Shown: piece after piece, positions 55,726-64,000 of the stretch | How the letters are laid out: each line of letters opens with the position of its first letter | How positions within the stretch are numbered: position 1 is the first letter of the stretch | Source of the DNA: Blepharisma stoltei ATCC 30299 | Lineage: Eukaryota > Protista > Ciliophora | Direction of reading: 5' to 3' | DNA length: 64,000 bases | Assembly: GCA_965603825.1 (NCBI GenBank) | Contig: CBFDEM010000027.1 | Location: 716,131 to 780,130, forward strand | Notes under the pieces: model-generated | Database searches by the model: none | What the model saw: the letters and a program-made list of their open reading frames with translations, nothing else | What the model was told of the DNA's origin: nothing | Position numbers and translations under genes: made by a program

Positions 55726-58700
55726 TTATATAAGATTTCCAGAAGGTGAATTAGCACTTTTGGCTGCTATTTCTTCATTGGCATCTATTGTATTTGACTC
55801 TCTGTAATTTTTTGATATTTGAATAGCAGATACTTCAGGATCAGTAAGAGTTAACGAAGGAACTTCAGGGCTGAATTGATCTAGAATTATATCAGAAGAG
55901 ATGGCATAGTCCTGCCACTGATTAAATCTTCTAAATATAATGAACCGTGAACGATAAAGAGCCCTTATTCTTAAAATTCTGAGGAATAGGTTTCTTATCG
56001 AAGTTTTATACTCACTTTCTTTCTGTAGTAGACCAGAAATCTGCGTTTCTAAGTTGCTTATAATTTCAGATTCTTCATTAAGTTTGCTGTTAAGAGTCTC
56101 AATATCTTGTGAGCTTTCTTCTGAATAAGGCCCTCTCTCCAAATTTTGCACTTTTCGATCACTTTCTGCTTCATTCCGATCATTCTTGAATATTTTCACC
56201 TGCAGCTTAAGCTCACTTTTCTCTCTATTCAAATTTTCATTATCAATTTCGAGCTGCCTATTTCTCGTCCACAGCTCATTTCTGGCTTCATCAAGCAGCT
56301 TCTGGCAATTCTGCAAGTTGCTGAGCTGCATATTCAAATCTTCTATCTGTTCCTCTTTAATCTGCAGAATTGGCTGAAGGTTTTCATCACTTGCAATTTT
56401 AATTTTCAAGGAGCTAATATCATCTTTAAGCCTCCTAGCCTCCATTGCTTCTAAACTAAGATTAGTCGTCGCAATCTGCAATTTCAGCTCTAAATCTTTA
56501 GCTGAATCCTCATAGATTTTTCATTCTTTTCTTGCTTGATTAAAATCTTCATTCAATTTTGTGAGTGACGAATTAATTATTGCATTTTCTTCATCTTTTT
56601 TCTGGATAATTGCTTTTAGCTCGTCGTTTTCTTCTTCATGAATTGAAATGATTTCTTCTTGTTTTTGGATGACTTCTTTAAGGTTGTATATTTCATCATT
56701 TAGCTGTGTGATTGTTTCAGCTTGTGTGGAAATTGCTTCGTCAAAGCTAATTCTTTCTGCTTTGTGGCTTTGGATAGTTTCGCTTTGTTCTTGGATCAGC
56801 GAGTCCCTATTTTCAATTTCGTCTTCTAATGTCACTATTTCATTGTCTAAAATATTTATGGACTCTGTAATCCGGAACACTTCTTCTTGGTGTAGGACGA
56901 TTTCTTCAGTTTCTGAAGTGTCTTCTTTGTTTCTTAAACCTTCAAGCCTAGACAGCTCTTCATTTAATTTTTGATTTTCTTCTTCTAATATTGATAGTTC
57001 TTCAGCTTGTTTTTCTATTTTTTTGTTTAAGTTAGTAATTTCTTTGTCTAGGCTAATGATTGTTTCATTTTGGCTTAGGCTGATTTGCTCAAATTTAGAT
57101 TTTTCTTGGCTTCATTCTTCTTCTCTCTCATTTATTATTTTATTTAGACTTGTGTACATTTCAATTCAGTTTTTATTTTCTTTTTCAAGTGCTGAGAAAG
57201 ACTCTTTTAAGGATTGTATTGAAGACTCTTTGCTTTGTAATACTTTTTGGGATTCAGCCAGATCTTCTTTTAAGGATTTTATTGAAGAATCTTTGCCTTG
57301 TAATGCTTTTTGGGATTCAGTAAGATCTTCTTTTAAGGATTTTATTGAAGAATCTTTGTCTTCTAATGCTTTTTGGAATTCAGTAAGATCTTCTTTTAAG
57401 GATTTTATTGAAGAATCTTTGCCTTGCAATGCTTTTTGGGACTCAGTAAGATCTTCCCTTAAGGATTTTATCGAAAAATCTTTGTCTTCTAATGCTTTTT
57501 GTGACTCAGTCAAATCTTCTTTTAGCTTTTCTAATTTATTCAGCTGGCTCTTTAAGTCTTGATATGAGGAATTAGAATCATATACGTCTTTTGATAAATT
57601 TTTGATGGTGTCTAATAGGCGTCCAGAAGATTTTATATTATTTAAAATTGTTTGGAATCGCTCTTCTTCCTCAGAATCAGCTTTAATGCTTTTATTGAAG
57701 CTTTCTCCTTCAAAGCCAGGATTAATAATATTTAAAATTGCATAGCAATCCTTATATAAGCTTTTAACCCCTTCTTCAATTTCTGGAATCAAAGAGGTTT
57801 TAGGCTTTTCTATCGGTTTTGCCTCACTTTGTTGCGACTGGTCCTGCATATCACTTTCTTTATCAGGCCGCTTTCTTGACCTTACTTTCTGTGCTTTTTT
57901 ATGTGCTGGAATTTTTGTCTGTGGCTGTATTTCTTCAATAATTATTTCTTCCTTAACCTCTAAATTTGCATCCAAAAGTTTGCTAAATAAAGCCATAAAC
58001 TCTCCTTGAATTTTTTCTTTTCATTGGAAAATGTTATTCAATATTTTAATAAATGGCTCTTCCCCTGGGCTGAGTTTCAATTGTTTTATAAATTCTATGA
58101 TTTTTAATGCATTTTCTTTAATTTCTCCTTTCTGTATGAAATTAATTTTTGACTCAAAAGTGCTTAATAAGTCGCCTTGAATTGATTCTAAAATCATCAA
58201 TATAATGCTTACTCCTTGTACTATTAAAGGCTCTCTTTTCACTATTAGCGCACGATTTCCTTGAGGCTTAAGTGTTTCACTTGAGTGAATAAGAGAAATT
58301 AATTTTAAGAGGGCTTCTTTTGAGTTTCCTTTAATAAAAAAGCATAAATCTTTAGAAACTCCTACTAGCTTACGTTTCGGCAACATGTTCTGCTCAGGAT
58401 TTTGAGCTATTAATGGCGACTCTTGTAAGCTTATTTGAGCAAGCACAACAGACTCATAAATCTTATTTTGGCTCTCAAAGTTGTCTAAGAGTCTTGACTG
58501 AAGCCCATGAAAATTTTTTAATGATTCGCTTAATGGTGTTTCTTTATATGATCCCTGACTTAATGGGTGATCTGAAGATTGGCTTGGTATTGGATAATTT
58601 CTATTCGAGTCTCCATTATTGGCTGGCAGAGAAGTCGATTTATATGAATTTCAGAAATTCATATATTCAACAAGTTCCTTTTCTATTCTATCACCTAATT

Positions 58701-60489
58701 CTAATACCCTTTTAGAAAGTTCTAAGCTTTCTTCATAAGTTTTTTTCAGCGATTCCATAAGCTCAAATTTCTCTTTGCAAGGTTCCGAAAATTTGATAAG
58801 TTCCTGCTTCAGCATCTCTTCTTCAAATATAAGATCCCGGGAGCTTGTAAAATAGTTTTCAATTGTTTTTCATTGACTTGCAAGCATGTCAGCTTCATTA
58901 ATTTTGAATAAATTTGCGTCAATTTCTACTTTTTTATTGAGAAGCTGCTCAAGTTTTCCGAATAATTTTTTATTTTTCGGAGTGAATAATTCCATAAGCA
59001 TCCTTAACGTGGATTCAGACTCTTTTACTAAGCTTCCAAAAGAGAGCAGGTCTCCAATAGAGTGGTCCATATATGGAATATAACGGATAAGGGCATCAAT
59101 AATTTCTAGGTGTTTTCCCCAGGATTCTCCTAATGTTTTTTGAAATGCTTGCACGTAGACTAATTTGTACTTTTTTTCTGCAGCAGCAACTTCTTCATAT
59201 TTTAGAGTTGTGGATTCATATCCTTCATTCAAGTCCTCAATTTTTTCTAGTAATTCTTCGTTTTTTATTTTCAGCCGATTGCTCATTTCAAGCACACTTC
59301 TGTGCATGCTTTTAAGCATTTTCAGCAAATTTGATAAGCTTTTCATATCGATGCCGTATTCAGGTAAAGAGCTGATCATGCCTCTTCGAATGCTTTCTTG
59401 CAGCTTTCCAAGCTTGAATAAAGATTTAAAGCTTCCTCTTGATATTTCTTTTTCCATTGTATTTAAGCTCGGGTCTTGATAGGTTATAGATGATAATGAT
59501 TGAAGAGATTGCATGCTATTGCATAAATGCTGCTGGATTTTTGATAAAAACTTGCTTTTAGTTATTTCGACATTTTCAGCTGAATTTTTAAAGTTTTTAG
59601 CTTCCAGTACTAATTTATTAATTTGGGCCTCATGGAAATTTAGTATTTCTTCAGAATCATCATTTAATTTGACAAAAGTTGAAGAAAGCCTATGCACTTC
59701 TTCATCGTCTGAGCCTACAAGAGAAGACAAGGAGTCTTGTGTTTTTTCAGTAATTCTTCTAAGATCTGTTAGCGTCCTATCATCATTTACATGCGAAATT
59801 TCCCCTAATTTTAATGCTTCTGATTTTAACTTCTCAACTTTCACCAAAAATTCTGATATTTTTTCTGCATTATTTGTGGCTAAAATTTCTGATTTTTCAC
59901 TTATAGCTTTGGCAATATCACTGTTTTCAAGATTTTCTATTTGATTAGAAATCTCAATAAGATTCCAGGTGCCTTCAATTGCAGCTTCTTTTAAATTGCT
60001 TACCACTTTTCACGGATAATTTAATTCCCTTAATAAGCAAAGCTTCAAGATTTCACATTTCTCAAGCAAATCAATTTTTTCTGATGTATCAAGCAGCTCA
60101 AGACTATTAACTTTTTCTTCTATCTGTTTTAAGGCATTGGAATTCCGCTTAAAAATATTATTTGGGATCTTATTTCTTATTTCTTTTAGACACCGAAAAC
60201 TATGCTCAATTAAGAACCTCAGCTTTAAGTCTAAATTCCCAACAAAATCTTTTCTATCATTTTTTCGTCTAAATTTAATTTCTGAGTCCAGTTTTGCAAG
60301 ATAGTCATCAATTTCACTGGCTTCCTGAATTTTGTCATCTTTTTTATTAGTAAGAGCTTTTTGATTCAGCAGCTCTTTGTTTTCTTGCTTCAGCTGAGCC
60401 AAAATCTTCCCTTGGGTGCTTCAGAAGTTTGTAGCCAAACTGTATCTGCTCAAAACATCCATAGCAAAATCACCGAATTTGGATGACAT
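55726..60489 (-). CDS. Giant coiled-coil protein (~1587 aa)
   Basis: Six minus-strand ORFs in one frame joined by TGA; ATG 60489; TAA 55726. Confidence 0.8.
57200..57525 (-). repeat. Coding 63-bp tandem repeat (21 aa, LKEDLTESQKAL[ED/QG]KDSSIKS), about 5 copies
   Basis: agatcttcttttaaggattttattgaagaatctttg recurs at 63-bp period. Confidence 0.9.
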
Positions 60490-60573
60490 GACTAATAATT
60501 TATAATTAATTATTCCATAAATATTCCCCTAAAGATCGACTAATTCTCTCAAATATGATCATTTTTTTATTAA

Positions 60574-63144
60574 ATGCTCACTACAAAATCCAAACTTCGC
60601 CATCGAATTTATTCTTCACGGCTTTCTCCTACTTATTCCCAAATATCTACGACCATTACAAATACGCGAAGTGTTTCTCCTTGTAACTACCAATATTTAT
60701 CTCCACAAAAAAATTTGAAAGCTAAAGAAAGCAAGGCACCTAGTTCTGATGAAAATAGTGCCCAAAAACTGCCTTCGTTGAGTAGCTCAATTTTGCTATG
60801 TCCTAAAGAAATTTCTGCAGAGGAAATGGATGAATGAGAAGATGAAAAATTCAACGATAAATTTTTAAGTGCTATAAATTTAAGAAAGAAAGGCAATTTT
60901 TTTGAAGCAGCAAAAGTCTATATAAAGATTTTGACAAATAGTGGGCAAAATGCTTCAGTTTCTATTAATTTAGGTGTCTGCTTTTTAAAGCTTGGGTTAA
61001 TTACAGAAGCTATTGGGGCATTTGATCAAGCTATTAAAGCTAATTCAGGATTATTTATAGCGTATTTTAATAAAGCTCTGTCACAAATTTATATTCAACA
61101 ATATGCAGATGCTATAGAATGTATGAATATTGCACTTAGAAATATCAATGGAAGTCCTCCAAGCGAGTTTTTCAAAGTTAGAGCTTTAGCCTTATATAGA
61201 TCAGGAAAAATTTCAGAGGCATTAGAAGCCATTAAAAACCAAGAAATTTTTGAAACATTAGAAATCTGCAAAGGAAATGGCTCAGTAAAAAAACATAATA
61301 TAGTGGACTTAGAATGAAAACTTAAAGAATACAGAGAAACTGAAATAGTATTTGACAAGAAAAAAAGAAAGCCGAACCTCGTGTTTCTTTCAAACGAAAT
61401 CAAAGAATTCGACACCAGAACAGTGAATGCTAGAGCAGTGACCCCAAGATTGCTGAAAAGACGAGAATCAATAAAAAAAAGTAATTATTTAGATTCGACC
61501 AGATGCAAGACACCCACCTATAACAATAAACAAAGACGGATTTCGTTAGCAAGTACAAAGCCTACAAATATCTCAGTTCAGTCTCCAACACCAATATTAC
61601 ACACTCTTGAAGACTCTCGTGAAACCACTGAAAGTCCATCATTTTATATACAAGAAGATTTATCTCCAGCACAAGTTAAAGAAAATATATTGAAAAGTTT
61701 TGACGTCCATAAAAAAATCAATGAAAAATTACAAACAATTAAAGCGAAAATAGATGAAGATATAGCGAAACAAGAAATTTTTTTCAATAAAGAAGGTGAA
61801 GGCTTAGAAACGTCTCTATTAACTCAGCAGGATTTATTATTTATTCATTTAGAGTTTAAAAAAGACAAAACAAGGAGAAATTATGAGAAAATTGACACAG
61901 CCACTAAAAAGCTTTCTTTTTTTCAAAAATTTTCTAAAGAAGTCAGGATTTCTCTATTAAAAATTGCTAACTTTGTAGAATTTCGGCCAGGTGAGATTGT
62001 TTTTCGACAAGGGGATTCTGGAGATATGATGTACGTGATTTTAAATGGCTCAATTTCAATAGAGAAAAAAAGCTCAGAGTTTGGGAATAAAGAAATCGTC
62101 GTAAATTCTTTATATGACGGAAAACAGTTCGGAGAGCTAGCTTTAATTAGTGCATTAAGACCAGGAGACTATTCCAGCAAAAGAATGGCCACTTGTGTTT
62201 GCAGCGAAATTTCCAAAATGCTGCAAATTTCCAAAGTTGAATACAATAAAATTATTTTAACTCAATTACGAGCTGATATAGAAAAGAAGCTGTCATTTTT
62301 AGAAAGACTTCCTCTATTTGCCGGTCTAGACCCTGCTTTGCTAATTCCTATTGCATCTGATGTAGAAATTACTTCTTATGATTTTGATGAAGTAGTTTTA
62401 GATAAAGGCGATCCACCCAAAGGTCTATATCTCGTTATGTCTGGTCATGCTATAGCATTTACAGAAGGCTATAAAATTGTGGGAAAAAAAGTTAGCGAAT
62501 TTGCTCCAAAGCTTAAAAAGCCAAGCCCAAAGCCATTTTATACAGGAAATATTGAGCCGCCCTGTGACGAAGCTCCTCATAGCTTAAAAATCACTTTAGA
62601 TGAAGGCCCGATTTTCCGAGCCTTAAACCGAGTCAAAGATGAGGCGACAGAAGATACCTGGAAAAAAATCGAAAAATTTGTGTCAAAAGAAGAATTGAGC
62701 TCTATTGGAAAAAATAAATTTATTGTAAAAGAAAGAATTCCTCACTTGACAGTCCAGAAAAATGACTATTTTGGAGGAAGAGCAATATTAGAAGGAGATG
62801 TAATAGAAAATCAAGATCATTTGAAAACAATTGAAGTAAATAGATATGAAATCTCAGCATCGAAATTTTCGATCGTAAAATTTATGTAGATAGCTCAATC
62901 ACCTATGGAAATTATGATAATTACAAAATACCATGTTAATTATTTAAATGAAAAGGTTGTAAATCAGATGAAATCAATTTTGAAGAGAGGGATTGAACAA
63001 GATAGTCCAAATGATGTGGATCCTTATGTCATGGATAAGCTTTTTATCAAATGGCAGGATTTTAAGGAAGAAATAGTTGAAGATATCAGAAGGATTTCGT
63101 TTTTAAACAGAAAGAAAGATCCTGCAGCATTTTTAAGATTGTAA
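60574..63144 (+). CDS. TPR plus tandem cyclic-nucleotide-binding domain protein (~851 aa), one intron
   Basis: TPRs at 60850-61250; FRQGDSGDMMYVILNG..FGELALI..RMAT; second CNB domain KGDPPKGLYLVMSG..YFGGR; frame joined by TGAs and intron 62875-62889. Confidence 0.88.
62875..62889 (+). other. 15-nt intron (gtaaaatttatgtag)
   Basis: Removes in-frame TAG, giving SKFSI-IAQSPMEIMII and completing the CNB beta-strands; A at -6. Confidence 0.9.
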
Positions 63145-63390
63145 TTGTGAATTTAAATGAATATTTCGAGCTAAATTAAATTAAAAGTTATGAAATTTCC
63201 TTGCAAAATCATAGCCAGAATTCATTAATATTTGAAATGCTAAATAAAGCTTTGGTGCAAAAATGAGATTTTAAGCTAATTATTAATTCTTTGGAATAGC
63301 TTGAAGATATAAGCTCAAAAGCTTTATTTTTAATATTTCAGACTTGTATTTATACTAATTAAAAGAACAAAAATGGGTAATTTTTTTATC

Positions 63391-64000
63391 TTAGGGTGTT
63401 TAGGGTGTTAGGGTGTTAGGGTGTTAGGGTGTTAGGGTGTTAGGTGTTAGGGTGTTAGGGTGGTTAGGGTGTTAGGGTGTTAGGGTGTTAGGGTGTTAGG
63501 GTGTTAGGGTGTTAGGGTGTTAGGGTGTTAGGGTGTTAGGGTGTTAGGGTGTTAGGGTGTTAGGGTGTTAGGGTGTTAGGGTGTTAGGGGTGTTAGGGTG
63601 TTAGGGTGTTAGGGTGTTAGGGGTGTTAGGGTGTTAGGGTGTTAGGGTGTTAGGGTGTTAGGGTGTTAGGGTGTTAGGGTGTTAGGGTGTTAGGGTGTTA
63701 GGGTGTTAGGGTGTTAGGGTGTTAGGGTGTTAGGGTGTTAGGGTGTTAGGGTGTTAGGGTGTTAGGGTGTTAGGGTGTTAGGGTGTTAGGGTGTTAGGGT
63801 GTTAGGGTGTTAGGGTGTTAGGGTGTTAGGGTGTTAGGGTGTTAGGGTGTTAGGGTGTGTTAGGGTGTTAGGGTGTTAGGGTGTTAGGGTGTTAGGGTGT
63901 TAGGGTGTTAGGGTGTTAGGGTGTTAGGGTGTTAGGGTGTTAGGGTGTTAGGGTGTTAGGGTGTTAGGGTGTTAGGGTGTTAGGGTGTTAGAGGTGTTAG
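63391..64000 (+). repeat. Telomere, (TTAGGGTG)n = (CCCTAACA)n
   Basis: About 610 bp of 8-mer repeat running to the sequence end, G-rich strand toward the end; the heterotrich telomeric repeat. Confidence 0.98.

Noticed and set aside
1-63144. Many short ORFs suggesting pseudogenes or prokaryote-like operons
   Set aside because: Consecutive fragments share frame and are separated by TGA (Trp) or tiny introns; antisense ORFs are shadows of real genes.
1-63144. Selenocysteine or cysteine meaning for in-frame TGA
   Set aside because: TGAs align with conserved Trp and with TGG in paralogs, not with catalytic Cys.
63399-64000. Variant telomere units (TTAGGTG, TTAGGGGTG, TGGTTAGGG, TTAGAGGTG)
   Set aside because: Isolated small indels, consistent with low-coverage read error at a contig end.

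Overview
Gene-dense, AT-rich eukaryotic DNA ending in a telomere: the terminal 64 kb of a heterotrich ciliate macronuclear chromosome, most likely Blepharisma. Three signals in the sequence support this. (1) UGA is read as Trp: TGA sits at invariant Trp positions and swaps with TGG between tandem paralogs. (2) Five 15-16 nt GT-AG introns are present, all with A at -6. (3) A (TTAGGGTG)n = (CCCTAACA)n tract runs from 63391. The standard-code ORF track is therefore fragmented; read with UGA=Trp and tiny introns it collapses to about 29 genes. Housekeeping genes: POLD2, RPS21, RRM1, Rab GDI, mitochondrial EF-G, PP5, PP2C, CCP deglutamylase, DEPDC5-like, HSDL2-like. Most notable: a ~1705 aa NLR-like protein (active CHAT caspase-like protease, Cys/His cluster, STAND NTPase, TPR-like region, inactive CHAT, second STAND NTPase). 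Also unusual: a CHD remodeller with a bromodomain inside chromodomain 2 plus PHD and GATA-like fingers; a cullin-repeat-like/MORN fusion; a disrupted MORN-DUSP fusion; a paralog with in-frame TAA aligned to a Gln codon; and a ~2450 aa LNR/beta-helix/multipass surface protein. Family calls come from motif recognition by eye; no database searches were run.
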